This document shows, piece by piece, positions 37,683-47,305 of a stretch of 64,000 nucleotides of DNA. Where the stretch lies: contig CAZRTB010000004.1 in NCBI GenBank assembly GCA_964602915.1, forward strand, positions 84,149-148,148, written 5' to 3'. Origin of the DNA: an uncultured Gammaproteobacteria bacterium (GTDB lineage Bacteria > Cyanobacteriota > Vampirovibrionia > 2-02-FULL-35-15). Under the pieces are notes generated by a model. That model was not told the origin of the DNA, searched no databases, and saw only the letters and a program-made list of their open reading frames with translations. The first letter of the stretch is position 1, and each line of letters opens with the position of its first letter. The position numbers and the translations under genes are program-made.

Positions 37683-37991
37683 TTATCCAAGATTTTCTAT
37701 TTCACGTTCTTGATTTGGAATTTCTAACTGACTAAGATACTGTAATCTTTTTCTTTCAGCTTCAGCAAAGTTTGATGACTCAATAGTGAACATTTTAATA
37801 AAACTAAGTGGAACTACATTTTTTGCAAAATTTCTAGATTCTGGGGAGTCATCATAACCATAGCACTCTATTTCTAAATAATCCTGACCAATAGAAATTA
37901 CCTTTCCAGCAATTCCACTGCCATCATGAAAGTAGACTCTTATCCATCCTCTTGATTCAGCTATTTTTTCTAATTTGGACTTTATATTCAT
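37683..37991 (-). CDS. Hypothetical protein, possible Sm-like fold
   Basis: Short helix then RVYFHDGSGIAGKVISIGQDYLEIE...VVPLSFIK strand pattern; ATG at 37991 chosen. Confidence 0.7.
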   Translation of the reverse strand: MNIKSKLEKIAESRGWIRVYFHDGSGIAGKVISIGQDYLEIECYGYDDSPESRNFAKNVVPLSFIKMFTIESSNFAEAERKRLQYLSQLEIPNQEREIENLG

Positions 37992-38051
37992 TATCTTATA
38001 ATTGTATATCAGCACTTTCCTCATTTCAAGTATTATATATAAATACAAAAA

Positions 38052-39185
38052 TTAATTGTTTATAAAGATTGAGGAATTAGACTCTATAGCCTCTTTTAAC
38101 AAAATTTTAGATTTTTTTAATGCTGTATCTATATCAATATTATCTGGCTTAATCTTAATCACATTGTCAATTCCATGTATTTTCCAATTAACAGTATCAT
38201 CATAAGAACCACATAAAACCACAGTGTTTTTATTGTGTTTTTTAGCAATTTGCACAATTTCATAAACACCTTTTCCTAAAATTGTTTGAATGTCTAAACT
38301 ACCTTCTCCAGTAATAATTAAATCTGAATTCTTAATTTTATCCTCAAGTGAAATCAAATTGGATAAGTAAGAAAATCCACTAAAAAGTTCTGCCCCCATA
38401 AGTGATTTCAAGGTAAATGCAGTGCCACCAGCAGATCCAACCATAAGATCATTTTCATAGTCAAAGTGCACTGTTTCTTTAACAATTTTTGAATAGTGCT
38501 TCATTCCTTTTTCTAGAATTATTTTTTCTCCCTCACTTGCACCTTTTTGAGTAGAGAACTTACTAACTGTACCTTTTTCACCAGTAAGTGGTATTTTCAC
38601 ATCACAAAGTACCTCAAATTTAAGATTTTTAAGTCTTTTATCTAAAGAAGATAAATTAATGGTTTCAATAGAACTTAAAAAACCACCACCAGGCTTCACT
38701 GAATGTTTTTTTATATCCTGGACTTTAGCTCCTAGTGCTTCAATCATTCCAACACCAGCATCTACAGTAGCACTGCCACCAAGAGCTACTATAATTTTTT
38801 TACAACCATTATTTAAAGCAGAAAGAATCAACTCACCAGTTCCAACAGTATTTGTCCACATAGGATTTAATTCACTAGTATTAAGCAAAGAAATCCCAGA
38901 AGCCTTAGCAAGCTCTATAAGTCCTGTATCGTTATCTAAAAGTAACCAGTTAGATTTAATACTCCTTCCTAATGGATCATGAACATTACATTCAATACTT
39001 TTTGATTTTTTAAAGTAAAATTTAAAAACATCTAATGTCCCATCCCCACCATCAGCTATTGGAGCAAGCTCATACTTTGTATTTTTATTGAGTAAATTTA
39101 AAGTAGAGTATATAGTTTCTGCTACCTCTACTGAAGAAAGTGAATGTTTAAAAGCATTGGGTGAAATTAAGATTCTTCTAGACAT
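38052..39185 (-). CDS. glxK: Glycerate kinase (GlxK family)
   Basis: ISPNAFK, PIADGGDGT, GGSATVDAG, GSAGG, ITGEGSLD.QT..GK; ATG at 39185 chosen. Confidence 0.9.
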   Translation of the reverse strand: MSRRILISPNAFKHSLSSVEVAETIYSTLNLLNKNTKYELAPIADGGDGTLDVFKFYFKKSKSIECNVHDPLGRSIKSNWLLLDNDTGLIELAKASGISLLNTSELNPMWTNTVGTGELILSALNNGCKKIIVALGGSATVDAGVGMIEALGAKVQDIKKHSVKPGGGFLSSIETINLSSLDKRLKNLKFEVLCDVKIPLTGEKGTVSKFSTQKGASEGEKIILEKGMKHYSKIVKETVHFDYENDLMVGSAGGTAFTLKSLMGAELFSGFSYLSNLISLEDKIKNSDLIITGEGSLDIQTILGKGVYEIVQIAKKHNKNTVVLCGSYDDTVNWKIHGIDNVIKIKPDNIDIDTALKKSKILLKEAIESNSSIFINN

Positions 39186-39242
39186 ATAGATAAATTTATC
39201 ATTGAAATTCCTTAAACTATACAAATGCTATTATTAAGATGT

Positions 39243-40427
39243 ATGAAAGCCAATATAAGAGGTTATTTTGGGAATTATGGGGGAGTGTTTGTCCCCGAAA
39301 CCATTATTCCTGCTCTTGAAGAATTAGAAATTGCATTTAATAAATTTAAAAATGATAATTTATTTAAAACCGAACTTAATGAATTACTTACTACCTATGT
39401 AGGGCGTCCTACACCACTTTATTTTGCAAAAAGGCTAACTGAACACTTTAAAAAGGGGAAAATCTATTTAAAGAGAGAGGATTTATGCCACACTGGAGCT
39501 CACAAAATAAATAACTGCATTGCTCAGGCATTGCTAGCAAAGAGACTTGGCAAAAAAAGAATAATAGCAGAAACAGGTGCTGGACAGCACGGAGTAGCGA
39601 CAGCTACCGTTTGTGCACTTCTTGATCTGGAATGTGAGATTTACATGGGTAAAGTTGACATAAAGAGACAAGAATTAAATGTTTTTAGAATGCAATTGCT
39701 TGGTGCAAAAGTGATTCCAGTAACTTCCGGATCTCAGACATTAAAAGATGCTACAAGCGAAGCTATTCGTGACTGGATTACAAACATTAAAAGTACTCAT
39801 TACATTATTGGCTCAGTAGTAGGTCCTCATCCATATCCTACGATTGTAAGCCACTTTCAATCAGTAATTGGATATGAAGTAAAAAAACAACTAAAAGATT
39901 CACCTGATTATATTGTTGCTTGTGTAGGTGGTGGTTCAAATGCAATGGGAATATTTTATCCTTTTATTGGAGAGAAAAAATCCAAACTAATTGGCATAGA
40001 AGCTGGTGGTGAATCACTCAAGAGCAATAAACATTCAGCCACTTTAAGTCTTGGAATTCCAGGAGTTTTACATGGCTCAATGAGTTATTTATTACAGGAT
40101 AAAAACGGTCAAATTCAAGAAGCACACAGCATCTCTGCAGGTTTAGATTACCCAGGAGTTGGACCTCAACATTCATATCTTAAAGATGCTAGCTTAGTAA
40201 CTTATAAAAGCATTTCAGACAAAGAAGCACTTGATGGATTTAACCTTCTAGCAAGAAAAGAAGGGATAATCCCTGCTCTGGAATCTTCTCATGCTATAGG
40301 ATATTTAAAGTATTTAATGCCAAAAACTAAGAAAAATGGAATCATAGTAGTTAACCTTTCTGGAAGAGGAGATAAGGACATTAATACCATAATTCTTAAA
40401 TCAAAATTAAAGGTTAAGGAAACCTAG
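39243..40427 (+). CDS. trpB: Tryptophan synthase beta chain
   Basis: [17 protein letters not shown] (PLP Lys), [32 protein letters not shown]; ATG at 39243 chosen. Confidence 0.97.
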   Translation: MKANIRGYFGNYGGVFVPETIIPALEELEIAFNKFKNDNLFKTELNELLTTYVGRPTPLYFAKRLTEHFKKGKIYLKREDLCHTGAHKINNCIAQALLAKRLGKKRIIAETGAGQHGVATATVCALLDLECEIYMGKVDIKRQELNVFRMQLLGAKVIPVTSGSQTLKDATSEAIRDWITNIKSTHYIIGSVVGPHPYPTIVSHFQSVIGYEVKKQLKDSPDYIVACVGGGSNAMGIFYPFIGEKKSKLIGIEAGGESLKSNKHSATLSLGIPGVLHGSMSYLLQDKNGQIQEAHSISAGLDYPGVGPQHSYLKDASLVTYKSISDKEALDGFNLLARKEGIIPALESSHAIGYLKYLMPKTKKNGIIVVNLSGRGDKDINTIILKSKLKVKET

Positions 40428-40545
40428 ACATAGAGCTCTTAACCTTCATAGAATCATTTTGATAGATTAAATTTAAAGAGCTTTTTAATTTGAAAAAAGT
40501 TAAAAAGTTGTTTTTATTTATTTGAATTATTATTTTAGAACTCTA

Positions 40546-41721
40546 ATGACTACAATAAATAAACCAATTCTTTACAGACATAGTGAGGCTAACCCCTTTG
40601 AACCGCCTATTAATCCTAATAATCCTGAAAAAAGCAAGATCTTTCAAAACAGCAAAGAGTGGGCAAAAGAAACCTCAAGAAATGCAAACAGTAGCATCTA
40701 TGCGTATTTAGCAGAATTACCATTAAAGATTATTTCTTATTTTGTTTTACATTCTGATTTTGAAGCAAACATCTGGACAAAAATATTTTCTGCCGCAGAA
40801 GATTTAAGCGGATTTATAGGAGACAGATCCAGAAATGAAATATATTCACACAAAAATGAAAAGGGTGAATATGACGATATCATAGGTGAGCAAGAATATA
40901 CTGCAAATAAAGAAAGTACTTTTAGTCTTGCAAAAATCAATAATTTTATTCAAACAAAAGCACAAGCATTACTTGTACCACTAAGTCTAGTAAATCCAGA
41001 GCTTGCTAATGATCTTCAATGGTCAGTAGTTAAAAACGTTGATGGTTGCTGGTGGAGAAATATGAGTATTGAAAGAGCTTTTGGCGCTGGGTTCTGGAAA
41101 AAGCTATTTGCTTCAGAAGAAGGATCTCCAGGCGGATTTGCTTACTTTAAACAAAAATTCTCAGAGAACTTTTCAAATTTAAGAAAAGTATATTCTGAAT
41201 ATTCAAACAACCAAGACAAAGATAAGAAGAAGGATCTAAGCATTAAATTATATAACAATGTTGATAAAGCAATTTCATCATTTTTCCCAATAGTACAAGT
41301 ATTAAATACATTCGGTGACATAGCTAGACCTATAGCCAGAAGGTTAGAAATAGAAGGTTTCACAAGAAATACAATTAGATTTTTAAGTATGGTTGACAGG
41401 CCATTCACATGGTTCACTAATATATTTAGATTCTACCTGCCTGAAAAAGTACTAAAAAAAGATTTAAATCCTGATACGAAGATCCTTCCAGATGAATTAC
41501 CAAATGAACCTGGCGACAAATCTGACTTACTCTTACTTTCAACAATTGGTGATATCTTTGACTTTGGAACAGTGCTATTTGAAGATTCCATTAAAGAATC
41601 AAGCGGAATGATGGATCATTTAGTACAAATATTTAGGAACCTATCATCTAGCGCACAAGATATTTATTTCTCAAGCAGAAGGAAGAATCCTAGGATTGAA
41701 GTTGAAGCTACTACTTCTTAG
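40546..41721 (+). CDS. Hypothetical protein (~391 aa)
   Basis: Long ORF; no motif; stop overlaps rpoC2 stop by 4 nt. Confidence 0.8.
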   Translation: MTTINKPILYRHSEANPFEPPINPNNPEKSKIFQNSKEWAKETSRNANSSIYAYLAELPLKIISYFVLHSDFEANIWTKIFSAAEDLSGFIGDRSRNEIYSHKNEKGEYDDIIGEQEYTANKESTFSLAKINNFIQTKAQALLVPLSLVNPELANDLQWSVVKNVDGCWWRNMSIERAFGAGFWKKLFASEEGSPGGFAYFKQKFSENFSNLRKVYSEYSNNQDKDKKKDLSIKLYNNVDKAISSFFPIVQVLNTFGDIARPIARRLEIEGFTRNTIRFLSMVDRPFTWFTNIFRFYLPEKVLKKDLNPDTKILPDELPNEPGDKSDLLLLSTIGDIFDFGTVLFEDSIKESSGMMDHLVQIFRNLSSSAQDIYFSSRRKNPRIEVEATTS

Positions 41722-44700
41722 TTTAAGCTTGGTGCAGGAATAGTTTGAGGTAAAACTTTTTCCATATCTTCTATTTGAATAGAATGAATAAAGCCAGTTC
41801 CTGCTGGAATTAATCTTCCAATAATCACATTCTCTTTAAGACCTCTCAACCAATCCTTTTTACCTTGAATTGATGCTTCAGAAAGGATCCTAGTAGTCTC
41901 TTGGAAACTAGCGGCTGATATAAAGCTTTCAGTATTTAAACTTGCCTTTGTAATACCTAAAAGTATTGGAGAGTATAAAGGAGGAGCGGCATCTTTTTTA
42001 AGCAATTGTTTTGCTTTTTCAGTTTCTTCTACAATGTCTCTCATTTCAACAAGTTCTCCAGGAAGAAGAATAGTATCTCCAGCATCTTCAATTTTTACTT
42101 TTCTTGTCATTTGTCTAATAATAATTTCAATATGCTTATCTGAGATTTCAACACCCTGACTTCTATAGACTTTTTGAACTTCGTCTAATAGGTACTGCTG
42201 AACAGCCTCAACTCCTAAATGAGCAAGGATGTCATGTGGATTTGCAGGTCCATCTGTTAATGGCTGACCAATTTTTACATCTTCACCATCATCAACAATG
42301 ATATTTAATCCTGATGGAATAGATACTTCTTCTTGAAGATCTCCAGATACTAAAATCAATCTCTTAGCATCATCTTCTAAAACAATTTTAATTTTTGCAT
42401 CTAAATCTGAAAGAATACAACATTCACGTGGCTTACGTCCTTCTAAAAGCTCTTCAACCCTTGGAAGACCTTGTACGATATCTGCAGTTTTAACTCTTTC
42501 ATATACAAGTGAAGCTAATTGATCTCCCCTTTGTACTAAGTGTCCTTGATCACATTGAAGTAATGCACCAGAACTTACAAGATAAGGTCTTCCTTTTCTT
42601 ATAACGACTGACTTAGCATCAACATTCACAACTTGACCGGAACAAGCCGAATCAGTTTGTCCGCCAACTTTTTGACCAAATTTAACGTAATCTCCGACCT
42701 TAACAACTGGTTTTGCAGTAGTTTCTTGTTTGATTAAATCATTTCCTGTTATAAGAAGGATTCTCTTCTCTTCTTGCGTACTTAAGCTCACGACACCGTT
42801 TGAACGTGCTAAAACTTGTGTTTTTGCTATGGCAACACCAGGTGCAATATGATCATGATTTTCAAGAAGTACTTGAGTAACGTTTGTATCTTGTTCTCTT
42901 CTTAAAACAATATTCTCTTGAACAATGACTTGTAACTCTTGCTTATCTTCAGCATTTTTATTTACTTCTACTTTACCTTTTAATGTAATCAAATCACCCG
43001 TCATAGTTAAAACAAGACTTGTCTTTGATAATGGTCCACCATTAAAGTTTCTTACTTTTTCACCATCTCTATATAGCATCTGTGTTACAGCCACTAAAGA
43101 AATGTTTGGATCAGTTGAATATCCTTGGAAATTTACTTTCTTAGGTTCAATTGGGAATATTTGAACAGGTCTTAAAAGAAGTTTAATAGTTCCTTTTTCT
43201 TCATTCTCAATAATAGAAATAAGCTTCATCGAGTTGGTAGTAATACCAGGATATATTTCTACATCTGTTTGAACTAAATCACCATCTTCACATTTAAGTT
43301 GTGTTGGATCAGAAATATCATGTAGTTCTCCAGGTCTTACAATGACTTCGTGGATAATATCATTATCAATTTTAATTTGAACAATACCATCTAAGTGGGT
43401 AAAAACATCTTTTACAATTTCTTGTCCAGCTTTTACAACATCTTCATTTTCAACAAGTTTAAGACTTACATCTTTACTTAGGTAATGGATTTCTTCTGGT
43501 ATAAATAAAACTTTACCAGTTTGTGTAATGATTCTAGAATCATCCACTTCAAGTCCATCATATCTAATTTCACCGGCATTAGTAACAGCTAAAACACCGT
43601 CATCAACGAGCTCTGCAATTACACTCTTATTTTCAAGTGTTTCACCAGGAACGACTTTAATTGTATAGTTCTCTTCTGGTGTTGTTTTTGTAGATTTAAC
43701 TTTCCAAGAGTTTCCTTGTTTTGAGCTTTCTAATTTAGCATTATCAGCACCAACCCTTGCAATTACAATACTAACTTCTCTACCTTGAACAAGTCTTTTA
43801 ATTTTTTCTTTGCCTACTTTTGCTTCTTCAAATACTAAATCATCATGAAATCTAACTTCACCACCTCGTTCAGAAATAATGTGAGATTCAGCAAGTACAT
43901 TACCTTTTTGCATTTGCTCACCATCTTGAACGGTTAAGCGGCTTCCTGCTGGGAGATTATAGACATCCCCTTCCATAATCCATATAATTCCACCTTTGTT
44001 TGCTGTTCTTGAAATATTTCCCTGACGATCTCTTTTTTCATCTGCAGAAAAACCTTCAAAAACGACTTGCCCTGGATGATCTGAAATAATATCTTTAGTA
44101 GCTCTTTCAATCTGACCTTTTTGTGATTCAGAATATTCACCAATAAAAGAATCTTTTTCAACTTTTGTACCACTTGGGAAATTTAACTGTGAACCTGATG
44201 GTATGAATAACTCATTAGTACCAACTTTAATTTTTCCATCTCTGGTTGTTTGAAGAATATAATCCCCATACTTAGTTCTTGATTCTTTAGTAGGAATATC
44301 ATATTTAAGTATGTCGCTAACTGGAGCTATAACTGGTTTTTTTCTACCCATACCAGACACAACACCACCAGTGTGGAATGTTCTCATGGTTAGCTGTGTT
44401 CCAGGCTCTCCAATTGACTGAGCGGCAATAATACCAACAGCTTCTCCAATATCAACGATTGTATTTGTAGCCAAACTCCATCCATAACAGAGCTGACAAA
44501 TACCATAAGGTAATTCACAGGTTAAAGGTGTTCTTACCTTTACTGAATTTGCTTTTGAATTTTCTAGAACTCCCATTCTAGTACGATCAATAAATTCATT
44601 TCTTTTAATTATTATTTGTTTTGTAGCTGGGTCTATAACATCTTCAATAGCAACCCTTCCTACCACTCTATCTGCAACACCAAGTGTAAGTTTTTCACCT

Positions 44701-45407
44701 TCAAATAAAGAATGTACATAAATCCCTTTTGTAGTTCCACAATCGTGCTCACGAACAGTTACATCTTGAGCAACATCAACAAGTCTTCTGGTCAAGTATC
44801 CAGAATCTGCTGTCTTAAGTGCAGTATCAACGATACCTTTTCTAGCTCCATAACTTGAAATAATATATTCTGTTACGTTCAAACCTTCTTTAAAATTTGT
44901 TTTAATCGGCAAGTCAATGATTTGACCTTGAGAGTCTGCCATGAGACCTCTCATACCAACAAGCTGACGAACCTGACTGAGATTACCTCTTGCACCAGAG
45001 AATGCCATCATATAAACTGGATTTAATTTATCAAAATTTTCTACAACTTTATTTGTAAGTTTTTCTGTGGTTTCTGACCAGGTATCAATAACTTTGTTAT
45101 ATCTTTCAACTTCAGTAATCTCACCCTTCTCATATCTTTTTTGAGCTTCCACAATCTCACTTTCAGCAGACAAGATTAGTTCTTTCTTTTCTTCCGGAAT
45201 AGTAAGATCTTCAATGCTTATAGTAATACCTGCTTTAGTTGCATAGTAAAATCCAAGATCTTTCAGAGAGTTAGCAACATCACTGGTAATAGCTGAACCA
45301 TACTTTTCATAAATCTCTAAAATAAGTTTTGAAAGTCTTTTTTTATCGACTATAGCATTTAAAAATTTAATTTTTTCTTTCTTATCCTTACCTTGAGCTT
45401 GAAGCAT
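41718..45407 (-). CDS. rpoC2: RNA polymerase beta'' (C-terminal part of beta')
   Basis: SGARG, KTADSGYLTRRLVDV, QLTMRTFHTGG, GLPRVEELLE, SAASFQET, GLKENVIIG. Confidence 0.97.
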   Translation of the reverse strand: MLQAQGKDKKEKIKFLNAIVDKKRLSKLILEIYEKYGSAITSDVANSLKDLGFYYATKAGITISIEDLTIPEEKKELILSAESEIVEAQKRYEKGEITEVERYNKVIDTWSETTEKLTNKVVENFDKLNPVYMMAFSGARGNLSQVRQLVGMRGLMADSQGQIIDLPIKTNFKEGLNVTEYIISSYGARKGIVDTALKTADSGYLTRRLVDVAQDVTVREHDCGTTKGIYVHSLFEGEKLTLGVADRVVGRVAIEDVIDPATKQIIIKRNEFIDRTRMGVLENSKANSVKVRTPLTCELPYGICQLCYGWSLATNTIVDIGEAVGIIAAQSIGEPGTQLTMRTFHTGGVVSGMGRKKPVIAPVSDILKYDIPTKESRTKYGDYILQTTRDGKIKVGTNELFIPSGSQLNFPSGTKVEKDSFIGEYSESQKGQIERATKDIISDHPGQVVFEGFSADEKRDRQGNISRTANKGGIIWIMEGDVYNLPAGSRLTVQDGEQMQKGNVLAESHIISERGGEVRFHDDLVFEEAKVGKEKIKRLVQGREVSIVIARVGADNAKLESSKQGNSWKVKSTKTTPEENYTIKVVPGETLENKSVIAELVDDGVLAVTNAGEIRYDGLEVDDSRIITQTGKVLFIPEEIHYLSKDVSLKLVENEDVVKAGQEIVKDVFTHLDGIVQIKIDNDIIHEVIVRPGELHDISDPTQLKCEDGDLVQTDVEIYPGITTNSMKLISIIENEEKGTIKLLLRPVQIFPIEPKKVNFQGYSTDPNISLVAVTQMLYRDGEKVRNFNGGPLSKTSLVLTMTGDLITLKGKVEVNKNAEDKQELQVIVQENIVLRREQDTNVTQVLLENHDHIAPGVAIAKTQVLARSNGVVSLSTQEEKRILLITGNDLIKQETTAKPVVKVGDYVKFGQKVGGQTDSACSGQVVNVDAKSVVIRKGRPYLVSSGALLQCDQGHLVQRGDQLASLVYERVKTADIVQGLPRVEELLEGRKPRECCILSDLDAKIKIVLEDDAKRLILVSGDLQEEVSIPSGLNIIVDDGEDVKIGQPLTDGPANPHDILAHLGVEAVQQYLLDEVQKVYRSQGVEISDKHIEIIIRQMTRKVKIEDAGDTILLPGELVEMRDIVEETEKAKQLLKKDAAPPLYSPILLGITKASLNTESFISAASFQETTRILSEASIQGKKDWLRGLKENVIIGRLIPAGTGFIHSIQIEDMEKVLPQTIPAPSLN

Positions 45408-45446
45408 TATGTTTCTCCATTTCCTAAATCCTAAAATCCTAGATTC

Positions 45447-47291
45447 TTAAGCACCAATAATATCTCTAATTGCCTGATTGAAAATGATACGACCAACTGT
45501 AGTATGAATCCTTGTACCATTCTCATCACGAGCATTGATTTTTGCATGTAAGTCCAAAATACCAACTTCATATGCCGCAATTGCATCATTGAAACTATAG
45601 AAATTCATTCCAGCGCCTTTGCATTTTGCCGCATCTTCTGGATTTGGTTTTTCTACAGTTAAGTAATAAATTCCAAGAACCATATCCTGAGTAGGAGTAA
45701 CTGTTGGTTTTCCACTTGCTGGAAGCAAAATATTATTACAAGCAAGCATTAACATTCTTGCTTCTGACTGAGCTTCTACTGAAAGAGGTATATGAACTGC
45801 CATTTGGTCACCATCAAAGTCTGCATTAAAAGCCGCACAAACTAGAGGATGTAACTGAATAGCTCTACCATCTACAAGTACTGGTTCAAATGCCTGAATA
45901 CCTAATCTATGTAAGGTTGGTGCACGGTTTAGTAAAACCGGGTGCCCTTGAATAACTTGATCAAGGATTTCCCATACGATAGGAGTGCCTTTTTCAATTT
46001 GCTTTTTTGCAGATTTAATATTTTGACAAATTTGACGTTCAATGAGTTTATTTATTACAAATGGTTTAAATAACTCAATAGCCATTTCTCTTGGTAATCC
46101 ACATTGATGAATTTTCAACTGCGGACCAACAACAATAACCGATCTTCCTGAATAATCAACACGCTTACCCAAAAGATTTTGTCTAAATCTTCCTTGTTTT
46201 CCTTCAATGATATTTGAAAGAGATTTCAATGGGCGGCCATTTGATCCTGTAACGACTCTGCCTCTTCTTCCATTATCAATAAGAGCATCTACTGCTTCTT
46301 GAAGCATTCTCTTTTCATTTCTAACAATAATTTCAGGAGCTCCCATGTCAAGGAGTCTAGCAAGACGATTATTTCTATTAATCACTCTTCTATATAAATC
46401 ATTTAAATCACTAGTTGCAAATCTTCCTCCATCCAACTGAACCATTGGTCTTAAGTCTGGCGGTGTAATTGGAAGAACATCTAAAACCATCCATGTAGGA
46501 TCTGTTTTTGAAGTCATTAAACTTTCTACAAGTCTTAGTCTTTTAATTATTTTCGCTCTTCTTTGCTGGCTTCCACTTGCTGATGCAAGTTCATTTCTAA
46601 GTTTTTGACCAAGCTCTTCAAGTCCTGGAAGTCCTTTTAATTCCCCACGCTCATCACGTGTTTTAGCATCTGGGAATTCATAAACAGGCTTAGCGATTTC
46701 TTCAAGAATAAGCTTAAGTGCCTCTGCTCCAATTGCAACTTCAAATTGAGCATTTTCATCTTGAGCTAAAAGTTCGTATTCTTCTTCAGACAATAATTGA
46801 CTTTTAGTGATTGTTTCAACATTACCAGGATTTAAAACAACATATTGATTGAAATAAATAACTTGTTCTAAGTCTCTCAAAGCAATATCAGTTAGAAGAC
46901 TTAAATAACTAGGAATTCCTTTTAAAAACCAAATGTGACAAACAGGAGCGGCTAGTTTAATATGCCCCATTCTATGTCTTCTTACTTTTGATTCAGTAAC
47001 CTCTACACCGCATCTTTCACAAATAATACCTTTGTGTCTAACTCTCTTATATTTTCCACAATAACATTCCCAGTCTTTAGTAGGTCCAAATATTCTTTCG
47101 CAGAACAAACCATCTTTCTCAGGTTTTAAAGTTCTATAGTTAATAGTTTCAGGTTTTGTTACTTCACCATATGACCAACCCATAATTCTTGTTGGTGAAG
47201 CGACCTTAATTTGAAGGTGGTTAAACTTATCAAATATCGAGATACCTTGAAAACTACCGTTTGATTTAAGAATATTTTCTTGAACTGCCAC
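45447..47291 (-). CDS. rpoC1: RNA polymerase gamma (N-terminal part of beta')
   Basis: Zn finger [36 protein letters not shown]; GTG start. Confidence 0.97.
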   Translation of the reverse strand: MAVQENILKSNGSFQGISIFDKFNHLQIKVASPTRIMGWSYGEVTKPETINYRTLKPEKDGLFCERIFGPTKDWECYCGKYKRVRHKGIICERCGVEVTESKVRRHRMGHIKLAAPVCHIWFLKGIPSYLSLLTDIALRDLEQVIYFNQYVVLNPGNVETITKSQLLSEEEYELLAQDENAQFEVAIGAEALKLILEEIAKPVYEFPDAKTRDERGELKGLPGLEELGQKLRNELASASGSQQRRAKIIKRLRLVESLMTSKTDPTWMVLDVLPITPPDLRPMVQLDGGRFATSDLNDLYRRVINRNNRLARLLDMGAPEIIVRNEKRMLQEAVDALIDNGRRGRVVTGSNGRPLKSLSNIIEGKQGRFRQNLLGKRVDYSGRSVIVVGPQLKIHQCGLPREMAIELFKPFVINKLIERQICQNIKSAKKQIEKGTPIVWEILDQVIQGHPVLLNRAPTLHRLGIQAFEPVLVDGRAIQLHPLVCAAFNADFDGDQMAVHIPLSVEAQSEARMLMLACNNILLPASGKPTVTPTQDMVLGIYYLTVEKPNPEDAAKCKGAGMNFYSFNDAIAAYEVGILDLHAKINARDENGTRIHTTVGRIIFNQAIRDIIGA

Positions 47292-47305
47292 TTTTCTACC
47301 TTCCT

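Noticed and set aside
45408-45446. rpoC break as frameshift or pseudogene
   Set aside because: Clean stop, SD-like sequence and new ATG at the canonical cyanobacterial split point
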